Virus record (IMG/VR): IMGVR_UViG_3300019757_000007
Coordinates: 10,567-74,566 of that record
DNA length: 64,000 nt
Reading direction: 5' to 3' (one strand)
Source: a virus
Made by a program: the position numbers and the translations under genes. Each line of letters starts with the position of its first letter. Position 1 is the stretch's first letter. The notes under the pieces are model-generated. The model saw only the letters and a list, made by a program, of their open reading frames with translations, had not been told where the DNA came from and did not search any database. Below, one piece after another: positions 1 through 9,251 of the stretch.

Positions 1-786
1 CATTAGCTCTATTGGTAATTGATACTTACTTATTACTGGTTGAGAATAAGTTCTTTTAATTAATAATTCTCTACTAATTTTAATAGGTACTAAAGAAATA
101 CTATCTCCTGGTCTAAGTTTATCATTAAATAAATAATTATAAAGCATAGCTCCTTTAATATGAATAGGTATCGTTTTCTTTTCGGATAACGGCCATTTCT
201 TTGGAGTAATAAATTCAGCGAATTTAAAATTATTAATACTGTCCCCTAATTGCTTAACATATTTATTTTTAATCTCTTTAAAAATTATATTATATATTTG
301 AGGTATACTCTTTAAGTCGGTTCTAATAGTTAGTACTTTATAAATATCAGTAAGTAAATTAAAAGTAATCCCACTACAATCCGCTTTAAGTATTTGACCA
401 CCAGTTTTCTTAATTTCTAATTCCTGATAAAAGGTACCTTCCATCCAAATTTTAGCTAATGCATAAAACTTTTTAGTATTAAAGAATCCTCTATAAGCAA
501 CAACCTCTGATTTAAAATCCATCATATTATATTTTGGATTTATATTGGCTCTTTTAAATAAAAGAGTATCGTATATATTTTTATATTTTATATTAGCATC
601 TTTAGCTACTTTTTGACTATAATCAACAGTCTTCAAAGAACTATCAAATTTACTAAAGGGTAATTTTAAAATATTATAGGTACTATCGGTATCCGCATAT
701 TTTAAGTTAGGTTTAAACTCTATTGTATCGATAAAGTTTATATCAAAAACTCCATCTAAGTCATCAGCCATCGCAATCGTGTTCAT
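1..786 (-). CDS. Family B DNA polymerase, C-terminal (palm motif C/thumb) piece; runs off the window edge
   Basis: Not in the ORF track; hand-translated from ATG at 786 (GGAG RBS upstream): MNTIAMADDLDGVFDINFIDTIEFKPNLKYADTDSTY...FKSEVVAYRGFFNTKKFYALAKIWMEGTFY...IKKTGG. YADTDS and KKxYA are PolB motifs. Confidence 0.9.
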   Translation of the reverse strand, partial: MNTIAMADDLDGVFDINFIDTIEFKPNLKYADTDSTYNILKLPFSKFDSSLKTVDYSQKVAKDANIKYKNIYDTLLFKRANINPKYNMMDFKSEVVAYRGFFNTKKFYALAKIWMEGTFYQELEIKKTGGQILKADCSGITFNLLTDIYKVLTIRTDLKSIPQIYNIIFKEIKNKYVKQLGDSINNFKFAEFITPKKWPLSEKKTIPIHIKGAMLYNYLFNDKLRPGDSISLVPIKISRELLIKRTYSQPVISKYQLPIELM

Positions 787-794
787 TAACTCTC

Positions 795-1091
795 CTATAA
801 TGCTACATAAATTATTAAGTTAATAATAACAGAAAAACCAACCATATATTGAAATATATTTTCATAAATATGATTAAATACTCCCGAAGTATTATTTCTA
901 AATTCATTTCTAGTATTATTATAATACATATCTATTGCATTTTTTAATGGACGAGCATTATGAAGATTAATATCTTCTTCGTCTATACCATATTTTAAAT
1001 ATTGTAGTTTATAATTATTATCAACTACCTCTGTTTTTATATTTCTAGGATTGGATGAAAACGACCAAAAGGTTGCTTTATTTACATTCAT
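795..1091 (-). CDS. Hypothetical protein with C-terminal hydrophobic segment
   Basis: ORF abuts its neighbours on the coding strand. Confidence 0.6.
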   Translation of the reverse strand: MNVNKATFWSFSSNPRNIKTEVVDNNYKLQYLKYGIDEEDINLHNARPLKNAIDMYYNNTRNEFRNNTSGVFNHIYENIFQYMVGFSVIINLIIYVAL

Positions 1092-1540
1092 TATTTACCT
1101 TTTAATTTATTAAAATAAAATAAAAAATATATTTCCATTAATATATTTTTATTTATTTTATATCTAGTGCAAATATTATCTTGCATAATATCAAATTTCA
1201 AATTACAGTACTCTATTTCCCATATAATTCTGAAAATTGTATTATACAAGTCCCGATCTAAATTAATTCCGGTACTTTTTTTCATTTCTCTTTCAAGTTT
1301 ATTTATATTCATACTTAAACCTAATTCAATATCTTTTAAATCCTTATAATTGCACCAAAAACAATATCCATCTTTGGCCTGAACATAAACGTTATTTATA
1401 CTATTATGTAAATTATGGAATTTTAAAATAGTTAAAGTTTCTCCTAAATAATTTTCTAATCTTTTATTTGCTCCAACTCTTGTCATTTTTACTGATACGA
1501 ACTTTACTTTCGTACAATACGGGACTCTTGTTATTCTCAT
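1091..1540 (-). CDS. Hypothetical protein
   Basis: ORF with AAGG RBS, stop overlaps the next start. Confidence 0.65.
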   Translation of the reverse strand: MRITRVPYCTKVKFVSVKMTRVGANKRLENYLGETLTILKFHNLHNSINNVYVQAKDGYCFWCNYKDLKDIELGLSMNINKLEREMKKSTGINLDRDLYNTIFRIIWEIEYCNLKFDIMQDNICTRYKINKNILMEIYFLFYFNKLKGK

Positions 1541-1594
1541 ACTAACCTTTCAATAATATCTATGTATAAGTATTACTAGCTTAGTACCAAAATA

Positions 1595-4567
1595 CTAAGT
1601 AGTTAAATAATTATAATAGTCTTCAAAATTCTTTATTAATAGTTCTTTAAACAGTAATAAATCCTTTTCTAATTTTAATATATTATCTTCCGATAACATA
1701 CACCTATGTTTTAATAATATCTCTAATTCTTTTTCAAACAATTTTAAAGCTTGATATCTAGATTCTTTACAGCTAAATAAATTACCCTCGCTTTTTTGGG
1801 CTAAACTATCTAATAAATTATCTTTCTTTTTACTATTTAATATCATGTATTGAGAGTTTCTATCTTTTTCATAATCAGTATCATCTGATGAAGCAAAGTA
1901 ATTAAAATTTTCTCTCATTCTTTTCGGTAAATTTACAACATCTATTTTATTTAAGAATGAATCTAGTACTTGCTTTTGCGCTAAATCTAAATCTCTTTTT
2001 TCATCAGTCTCTAAATTAAAATCTAAACCAAATTCTTGATTAAATGTTTTATTATATTTATTATAATATTTATCATCCCCATTAAAAAAAGATCTTAATA
2101 TTAATTCTGGATAAGGCATATCAATAAATTTTTTAAATAAAGGGAATTCGTTTAATGTTTCATTATCTAATAAAGAAATATATCTACAAAAATTAGTCAT
2201 CATTAATGAACTCATCGAGTTAGTTCCAATTAATTTTAAATTTTCTTTCGTTAAAGAAGGAAGTTCCTTTTCAAATATATTTTTACTTATATTATTACTA
2301 ATAGTATTTATCATCTCAGATGGAAAAAATATTGAGCTCAATTGAGTAGAATATTCTTCTCCTTTGCCATAATAATTAGACTCTTTTATTTCTAGAAAAT
2401 CGATCGCCCCATTCTTTAATAATTTATTATGTCCTTGCTTAGTACTAAAATATATTTTTACTGGTTTCCCAAATTTATCCTGAACAGCTTGCTCTATAAT
2501 TTTCATTAGCCCCAGATATAAAAAAGCTGGGAAATGAGTATAAGTAAAATTATTATCTTTTAATAGTTTATTTCTATCAATAGCTAAAGCGTTATCATTA
2601 TTTATATGAATTGAAACAATTGATATATCTTTAATACTTTCATTATCTATTGGAATAGTTGTAGGTCGGATATAATGTCCTAATTTACTTCTATTTGAAA
2701 AAAGATTTAACCCAATAAGATTAGGAATAAAATTAAAACCCCGAACTGGCACATTAGACGCCTCTCCCATATTTTTTAAATCTTCTTCTTTGAATAGTTT
2801 TTCACTCAGCCAATTAACAGCGTATCTATCATGCAATTTTTTAAAATTAATTCCTTTTAAAATCAATTCCGCTGGTATACTTTTTACTTCAAGCAAAGCT
2901 ATTTTGGGGCGATTATGTAATAGTTTTAGTTTTCTAGATTTAAATTTAGTATCATCTACTATAATTAATTCTTCTACACCATTTTGAAAAACATCAGAAA
3001 TATTTGGAACCATAGAAACTTGAACATATTTTGACCTAGATTTCTTTTTTAATACAAAATGTTCGTCTTCTCTTTTAAATATTTTACCTAGATTTAATTT
3101 ATCTAAATATAATCTTTTATCCTCTGGAACATCCAGTATCATTTGATAAAAATCATAAAAAGGTATTAACGATAATTTATCTGGAGAATTAAATCCTGCC
3201 TCATAGCTATCAATAGATATACCTAAACTAGATCCAAATATTGGACTAAGTTGATTTAATAAATTTGATGTCATTCTACCTAGATAATTGCTTTTTTTAA
3301 ATAAATCTATTAAAGATATTTTATTTATACCTTGTGGAGTTAATCTTATATCCTCTTTATATAGAGAAGTATTTGTAATTTTAAAATTAGATAAAATAGA
3401 AAAAGTAACTCTAGTTCTCTTAAAAACATCAAATAAAGTTGTTATGATATTTTTTCCAATAAATACTAAATCATGAGCTATTTTATTTTTAATTTCTCTT
3501 AAATCTAAAGTATCTATTTTATAATGAAGATTATTTAATATAAGAATACTCCAACAAAAAATCTTTTCTCTTTCCTCTTGATTCAATTTACCTAAAATTG
3601 TATCTTTAATATGGTGTTGATAATCTTCATAAATACCTGGAATAGAGTTAAGATGCATATTTGTCTGAGAATAATAACCTTCCTCATTGCATAATACAAA
3701 ACCATTTATATCGTCTCGATGGGAAGAATTTATAGTTACTAAATTAGATAAACTTTCTGGATGAGAAGATTTAAATAATATATCTTTATTATTATGCTCT
3801 ATGTAGTTTATATAGTGAAAATTATTATTTAGATTATTATCAATTCCATTTTTATATACTACTTTATTATCTTTAATTTGCATAAGATATTGGAAACTAT
3901 CATCTCCAAAAGAATCGTTGCTATAGTTTTTTCTAACCATATGTCGTACTAGGTCATTATCAGAAGCATATCTAAAATTTCCATTATAATACATATCCTG
4001 TATATTTAACTCTTCAATATTAAAAGTAAAATTAGTACTATAATTAGATAAATCTTTTTTTTCTAAGAAATTAAAAATATTAGGCAATAAAAAAGAATCT
4101 TTCATAAAGAAAAGTAACTTTGGTTTATTTAAATAACCCATTACCTCATTTAGATAAGGCCCAGATGGATATTTAGAATGATTTTGACGATAAACTCTTT
4201 CTAATAAAACTCCAATATTTTTAGATATATCAGTTCTATAAAATAAATTTTGTGGATTAGTACTAAAATCATTATATTCAATATTACTGTAATTATTACT
4301 TACGTCAAACATATTATCTTTATCGAAATGACAAATTACCGAAATATTCTCAAAATTTAAATCTAAAAGATGTTTTGAATTTTTTAGATTATTTAAAAAA
4401 TGCCTGCTTTCTAAATCCGAATTAAGTACGACACTTAATAAGGAATAATTACCTCCATTATTTAATTTTATAGTCTCAATATTTAATGTAAAATTAAAAT
4501 CTGGTATATGAGAATTTTTTGCAGTTTCATCTATAATATTAAAAATATTATTAAATGTGTTTTCCAT
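1595..4567 (-). CDS. Large hypothetical protein (990 aa)
   Basis: Long ORF with AAGGA RBS; no motif recognised. Confidence 0.8.
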   Translation of the reverse strand: MENTFNNIFNIIDETAKNSHIPDFNFTLNIETIKLNNGGNYSLLSVVLNSDLESRHFLNNLKNSKHLLDLNFENISVICHFDKDNMFDVSNNYSNIEYNDFSTNPQNLFYRTDISKNIGVLLERVYRQNHSKYPSGPYLNEVMGYLNKPKLLFFMKDSFLLPNIFNFLEKKDLSNYSTNFTFNIEELNIQDMYYNGNFRYASDNDLVRHMVRKNYSNDSFGDDSFQYLMQIKDNKVVYKNGIDNNLNNNFHYINYIEHNNKDILFKSSHPESLSNLVTINSSHRDDINGFVLCNEEGYYSQTNMHLNSIPGIYEDYQHHIKDTILGKLNQEEREKIFCWSILILNNLHYKIDTLDLREIKNKIAHDLVFIGKNIITTLFDVFKRTRVTFSILSNFKITNTSLYKEDIRLTPQGINKISLIDLFKKSNYLGRMTSNLLNQLSPIFGSSLGISIDSYEAGFNSPDKLSLIPFYDFYQMILDVPEDKRLYLDKLNLGKIFKREDEHFVLKKKSRSKYVQVSMVPNISDVFQNGVEELIIVDDTKFKSRKLKLLHNRPKIALLEVKSIPAELILKGINFKKLHDRYAVNWLSEKLFKEEDLKNMGEASNVPVRGFNFIPNLIGLNLFSNRSKLGHYIRPTTIPIDNESIKDISIVSIHINNDNALAIDRNKLLKDNNFTYTHFPAFLYLGLMKIIEQAVQDKFGKPVKIYFSTKQGHNKLLKNGAIDFLEIKESNYYGKGEEYSTQLSSIFFPSEMINTISNNISKNIFEKELPSLTKENLKLIGTNSMSSLMMTNFCRYISLLDNETLNEFPLFKKFIDMPYPELILRSFFNGDDKYYNKYNKTFNQEFGLDFNLETDEKRDLDLAQKQVLDSFLNKIDVVNLPKRMRENFNYFASSDDTDYEKDRNSQYMILNSKKKDNLLDSLAQKSEGNLFSCKESRYQALKLFEKELEILLKHRCMLSEDNILKLEKDLLLFKELLIKNFEDYYNYLTT

Positions 4568-4621
4568 ATAGGTCCTTTGTATATTTTATTTTTTAGACGA
4601 ATAAAAAAAGTATTTGAATAG

Positions 4622-5536
4622 TTAACTATTCAAATACTCTCTTCTTAAATATGCTATAAAAGCATCTAAGAATTCATCTTGTAATTTTATATCTCTAGCA
4701 CTTCCACCAACAGTCATTCGACCACCAGCGTTCTCACCAAAGAAATTCTGGAGTGGTTCGACCACTCCATTTTCTCCAAAATATCGTTTAGCTATTTTTT
4801 CATTCTTACATGACATACTAATAGTATTACTACCAATATTATAATGTACCACTATATCATTTGAAATATCATTTACTAGATAACCATCTAGTAAAAAAGT
4901 ATCTCCTTTATAAACAACCATTACTCCAGGTAACGATAGCTCTTTAACTAAATGACTATTTTTAATAATCTCTTTTTTTTCAATAAAATTTATATTTCTT
5001 TCTTTTACGTCATCTGGCACATTAAACATAATTAAATCTTTAATACGAAGTATTAATTTATGTACCATTCTTGAAATATCTTCAGAATCGTTTATATTAT
5101 TGAATTTCCAAGAAGATACCAAGCTACCAATAGCTAAGAATTTCTCTTGTATATTATTATTTATTTTATTGTATTTATGTTCCATAAACCAATGGAATCC
5201 ATTAATATCAACATTGCCTATTAATTGACATAATTCTAAAACTAACTTAGTTGGTTTTAGAAATCCTGCCGCCCACATAATGCCTAAAATAGCATCAGTG
5301 TCTATATGGGATACGATAAAATTATCATATACCTTATCGATTTTCTGTTTATAAAAACTTAAACATGCTGGTGGATTATCTTCGAATTCTCCATGATGGA
5401 GTAATTCAACTTCTGCTCCATCTTTGACTCCAAAATAATCATTGCCGTATTCAGTTTCAACCGCAACTAAACCTTTAACTTTTTTTGAATATTCCAGAGC
5501 AGCAGTATAACTTTTACATTTCTGGACAGTTAACAT
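4622..5536 (-). CDS. DHH-like phosphoesterase (divergent)
   Basis: SHIDTDAILG resembles the DHH DxD motif; C-terminal AGGRMTVGGS resembles the DHHA1 GGH-xx-AAG motif; LHH occurs upstream. Confidence 0.5.
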   Translation of the reverse strand: MLTVQKCKSYTAALEYSKKVKGLVAVETEYGNDYFGVKDGAEVELLHHGEFEDNPPACLSFYKQKIDKVYDNFIVSHIDTDAILGIMWAAGFLKPTKLVLELCQLIGNVDINGFHWFMEHKYNKINNNIQEKFLAIGSLVSSWKFNNINDSEDISRMVHKLILRIKDLIMFNVPDDVKERNINFIEKKEIIKNSHLVKELSLPGVMVVYKGDTFLLDGYLVNDISNDIVVHYNIGSNTISMSCKNEKIAKRYFGENGVVEPLQNFFGENAGGRMTVGGSARDIKLQDEFLDAFIAYLRREYLNS

Positions 5537-5548
5537 AATACCTCCTTG

Positions 5549-6982
5549 TTATTTTTGCTCTTCTGTTTTTACTATAGCTGGATCAGTATTATTAATATTA
5601 ACGTCCTGCATTTCCATTGTCTGAGTTTTTTCCATCTCTGCAATAACCTCATCTAAGCTTTTCTTTGGCTCTTCTTCAACAACTTCTTCCGTTGCTTCTA
5701 CATCATCTTCAGTATTAGGTTCTGGTAAAGTTTCAACATCTTCTGTTGTTTCTGGTTGTGGATTTTCAGCAGCTTCGATTCTCTCTAAATAATCAAATAA
5801 ACTAAAATCGTTTCTATCTAAAGAAACATTTTCTGGTAAATCATCCATTAACTCAGGATATAATAACATTGCACCATTTACGAAATTAATTAACTTTGTA
5901 GTTAAATCTTCATCTTTAATAATTACATTAAGGTAAGATTTACCAAAGATTAAATTCTCTTCTTTATAGTTTTCACCAGCACCAAATAAGATAACTAAAT
6001 CTTCTGGAACTTCATCAACTGCCATATTATCAGAATTTCTTGCTGAGGGATTGTTTTCAACAATGTTACATCTTTTTAATTCTTCTGGTAATAATCTAAT
6101 AACTACTTTGCTTTGATTATGACCAGTACCAGTAGTTTTAATTACAGCAATGATATTATTTAATAAATATTGCTCGAAATCAAATATAACGTCATCTAGC
6201 TTTTGATCTTTATAAAAAATATCATATGAGCTATCATATTTAACTGTTAATTGATCAATACTATAAGCAATTCTAATTAATCCAAGAATAATATTTTTTA
6301 AAGCTGGTTTATTTTCTTTAAATTCTTTTAGTAAAACACCAGATGAATTCATTTCAATAACATTAATAAAGTTTTTTACTTCTTCATTATTTGCAAAATC
6401 ATTTAATAAATAATCTTTTGTAAGGAATGAATGCATGTATTTACTACCACTTAAAGTTTTAGATGGCGTAAAATTGTTCTTAAAAATAGTTCCTAAAGAA
6501 TGAGCCGGTGGATTTAATGGTACTACATAAGCAGTATTTGCAACAAGTTCACATTGATCTTGAGGATAACCACTCGTTCTTAATTCATTAGCTAAGTTAG
6601 CTAATTCTGCTCTAATTCTATCTGAATTTTGCTCTCTATTCATATCTCTATTATATGAATTTACGATAGTAGTAAGTCTCGTATTTTTATACGTTTCTAA
6701 ATCTTGAGCCGTTGTAATTCTTTGCGGTCTATTATTTACCACTTGTTCCATTGTTTGTCTACCACCAGTTTCTGGAGCAGCAGCTGCATCAGTTTGAGTA
6801 GCACCTGGCGCATTTAAGATATAACTATCTTGTAATGTTCTTGTATTTACATCAAATGTATTTCCCGTTTGATCTTCGAATGTAACTGTATTACCTTGTA
6901 TAGCATTAACCTTAACTGTTAATGTTGGCGAACCGTGAGCCACGTTTCTCATTTCTAAATTTTGACCTAAGTGAATATCCAT
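5549..6982 (-). CDS. Hypothetical protein (477 aa) with acidic tail, behind its own conserved promoter
   Basis: Long ORF, AGGAG RBS, promoter motif at 7052-7098. Confidence 0.8.
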   Translation of the reverse strand: MDIHLGQNLEMRNVAHGSPTLTVKVNAIQGNTVTFEDQTGNTFDVNTRTLQDSYILNAPGATQTDAAAAPETGGRQTMEQVVNNRPQRITTAQDLETYKNTRLTTIVNSYNRDMNREQNSDRIRAELANLANELRTSGYPQDQCELVANTAYVVPLNPPAHSLGTIFKNNFTPSKTLSGSKYMHSFLTKDYLLNDFANNEEVKNFINVIEMNSSGVLLKEFKENKPALKNIILGLIRIAYSIDQLTVKYDSSYDIFYKDQKLDDVIFDFEQYLLNNIIAVIKTTGTGHNQSKVVIRLLPEELKRCNIVENNPSARNSDNMAVDEVPEDLVILFGAGENYKEENLIFGKSYLNVIIKDEDLTTKLINFVNGAMLLYPELMDDLPENVSLDRNDFSLFDYLERIEAAENPQPETTEDVETLPEPNTEDDVEATEEVVEEEPKKSLDEVIAEMEKTQTMEMQDVNINNTDPAIVKTEEQK

Positions 6983-7019
6983 AATTCATTTCTCCTGTTT
7001 TATTTAAATTTTTTGTACA

Positions 7020-7048
7020 ATAAAAAAATAGTATTTTTCAATACTATT
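7020..7048 (-). terminator. Intrinsic terminator-like hairpin
   Basis: Minus strand AATAGTATT-GAAA-AATACTATT followed by a T run. Confidence 0.55.
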
Positions 7049-7051
7049 GTC

Positions 7052-7098
7052 TTATCTGATTATAATATATCTATACTCTGAAGTACTTATTTTAAAGT
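7052..7098 (-). promoter_or_regulatory. Conserved phage promoter, copy 1
   Basis: Minus strand ACTTTAAAATAA-N9-AGTATAGATATATTATAATCAGATAA; repeated at 24650, 35178 and 41847. Confidence 0.75.
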
Positions 7099-7141
7099 CA
7101 AAAAGTATAGATAAGGCCATAAAATCCCTAAAGATTTTTAA

Positions 7142-7180
7142 CGACAGGAATACAGACTAAGGTTTTACCCTTAATCTATA
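7142..7180 (-). terminator. Hairpin + TTCCTGTCG element, copy 1
   Basis: TATAGATTAAGG-GTAAAA-CCTTAGTCTGTA spans the stop of the beta-C gene and is followed directly by TTCCTGTCG. Confidence 0.55.
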
Positions 7181-9243
7181 ATAATATTTGCTTCGAGCAA
7201 TTCCTGTTCCGCTTCTAATTTTCTAGCAGCTATTTCATCTTCTGTTAAAAATTCCATACCAATCATCTTCAATGCATTATTGATAGTTTTTTTGGTATTA
7301 CTTTCATATCTTTCTTTCATTTGATATTCGCCATCTTTAATAATTTTCATTAAAAACGATTCTTTATCTTCCATACTATCCGATTTAAAAGTAAATAACT
7401 CTTTTAAGATATTGTTATTTTCTTTATGAGATAATAAAGCAGCCGTTGTTTGCCAAGAAATATGTTGACCACCTTGCTTCTTTCTACCTCTTGTTGGTTG
7501 ACCAGTAGTTTTACTATAACTATTAGTAAACGCAATAGCATTATATTTAGAATTACTTGTATGATATAATTTGCTTAGGTAGTTTTCTCCACAATAACAT
7601 TCAATTTCTTGTTCATAAAAACTATCTATTTTACTTGATTTAAAGATAGTACTTTCAAACCCAAGATAAGTTCTTAAGTACATCATTAATTTATTTTCAA
7701 ATTTAATTTTACTTTTTGAATTTAGATCTATTCCAAATCTTTCTCCGTACTGAGCAATAAAATCTTCATAATACTCAGCATAAGTAATATCATTAAAGTT
7801 TCTAAAATAAAAATATAATTTATCTTTGACTACATTTTCTCTTAATTCACTTAAGTTATTAGATAAAATTTCTTTAACTGATAAGTAATATTCTTCATCA
7901 GTTCTTTTAATTAAATTTTCATTAACGAATTCAATTCTTTCTTTAAAATCAAGTAAATCATCAGCACCTTCTATATCTCGAACAATCTTACTCATAGCTA
8001 ATTCAAAAATACTTCCCCAGTTATTTCTACCAAAGATTCCTAATGGATTAAATATCATATCAAATGGTAAACCAGTCTTTGGATCTTTAGGCATTAAATC
8101 ATCTGGAATAACTAAACCAACCACACCTTTACCAGCATATAAGTTAGTGAACTTATCTCCTCTAGAAGTATTCTCAGTATAACTAGTATCAACCTCAATA
8201 ATATAATCAATATCATCTGGATCTAAATTATAATTATCTCTCATATCATTTAGAACTGATTTAGGTACAGTTTCCATACTAATATATTGATTATATAAAG
8301 TATCACTTAATTCATCAATTTTATCTTGAGGTAGTTTTAAAGAAGTAAAACATTTAGTTAAATCTTCTTTAGTAGTTTTTTGCGAATTGTCGTAAAATTC
8401 TAATTCATCAATAAGTTCTTTTGTATAAAGATAAGCTTCTCTATTTTCATTAAAAGTTTTTTTAGTAATAGTATGTACTCTGATGTTATCTACAGTACCA
8501 CCTTGAATACCTTTAAAACTTTTAGTATAATATTTTGATTCTGTATGTTCATCTAAATTAATTACTTCCGTTAAGAAGAATTCAGATGCATCTATCATAT
8601 AGTAACTTAAAATGTTTTCAGTATTTAATTTATCCCCTAATTTAGGTAAATAATCAATACCATTTTTTAAGAATCTCATCTGTTTAGTAACTGGAATAAA
8701 CATCTTATCGCTATATTCTATTTGAGTTTTCTTACTAAATGATTCAGAAATAACAACAGCATCATCAGCCGCGTATCCAAAGAAACTACTAAATAAAATA
8801 TTCGCTCTATATCCAATTCTCGGCATTTTAATTTCTGGCAGCATATTAGTATAATCAAATAATAAAGCCCCTTTCTTAAAACTCTTATATTCATCAGCAA
8901 TACAATATTTTAAACTAAGACTATTATTAATTAATTTTTTATGACCAGGTACTTGTTTAAATATCATTCTCTTTTCAGTAGTATAATATAATATAAGTAT
9001 TTCTTTTTGATAGAATAAAACTATTCCGTCATCTTCTGCAATTTCCGAATAAGGAGAATTGATTTCTGATAATGAACTATAGTATTTATCAATAACAATA
9101 GGTGTTTCCGTTTTTTTAGATACAACTACTTGGGTTAGCTGTTTAGAAGCCATTTGCAATCTGCTTGGATCTACATTATTAGCAAATGGTACGAATGTTT
9201 CTATTTGTGGACTAAACAATACTACATTTTTATCTTGTTTCAT
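7171..9243 (-). CDS. rpoB: Multi-subunit RNA polymerase beta, C-terminal half (RNAP set A, likely non-virion)
   Basis: PFANNVDPSRLQMASKQ (~PFLEHDDANRALMGSN), GYAADD (~GYNFED), GDKFTNLYAGKG (~GDKMAGRHGNKG), NPLGIFGRNN, QPTRGRKKQGGQ. Confidence 0.95.
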   Translation of the reverse strand: MKQDKNVVLFSPQIETFVPFANNVDPSRLQMASKQLTQVVVSKKTETPIVIDKYYSSLSEINSPYSEIAEDDGIVLFYQKEILILYYTTEKRMIFKQVPGHKKLINNSLSLKYCIADEYKSFKKGALLFDYTNMLPEIKMPRIGYRANILFSSFFGYAADDAVVISESFSKKTQIEYSDKMFIPVTKQMRFLKNGIDYLPKLGDKLNTENILSYYMIDASEFFLTEVINLDEHTESKYYTKSFKGIQGGTVDNIRVHTITKKTFNENREAYLYTKELIDELEFYDNSQKTTKEDLTKCFTSLKLPQDKIDELSDTLYNQYISMETVPKSVLNDMRDNYNLDPDDIDYIIEVDTSYTENTSRGDKFTNLYAGKGVVGLVIPDDLMPKDPKTGLPFDMIFNPLGIFGRNNWGSIFELAMSKIVRDIEGADDLLDFKERIEFVNENLIKRTDEEYYLSVKEILSNNLSELRENVVKDKLYFYFRNFNDITYAEYYEDFIAQYGERFGIDLNSKSKIKFENKLMMYLRTYLGFESTIFKSSKIDSFYEQEIECYCGENYLSKLYHTSNSKYNAIAFTNSYSKTTGQPTRGRKKQGGQHISWQTTAALLSHKENNNILKELFTFKSDSMEDKESFLMKIIKDGEYQMKERYESNTKKTINNALKMIGMEFLTEDEIAARKLEAEQELLEANIIID

Positions 9244-9251
9244 TTTTTTCC

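Noticed and set aside
690-786. Intein C-fragment at the start of the DNA polymerase piece
   Set aside because: No HN/(C,S,T) junction or block F before YADTDS.
1595-6982. Calling chimallin or a sigma factor
   Set aside because: No recognisable sequence motif; kept only as a low-confidence hypothesis.
8718-8900. 60-aa same-strand ORF inside RNAP beta-C
   Set aside because: Nested out of frame in a conserved gene with no independent support.
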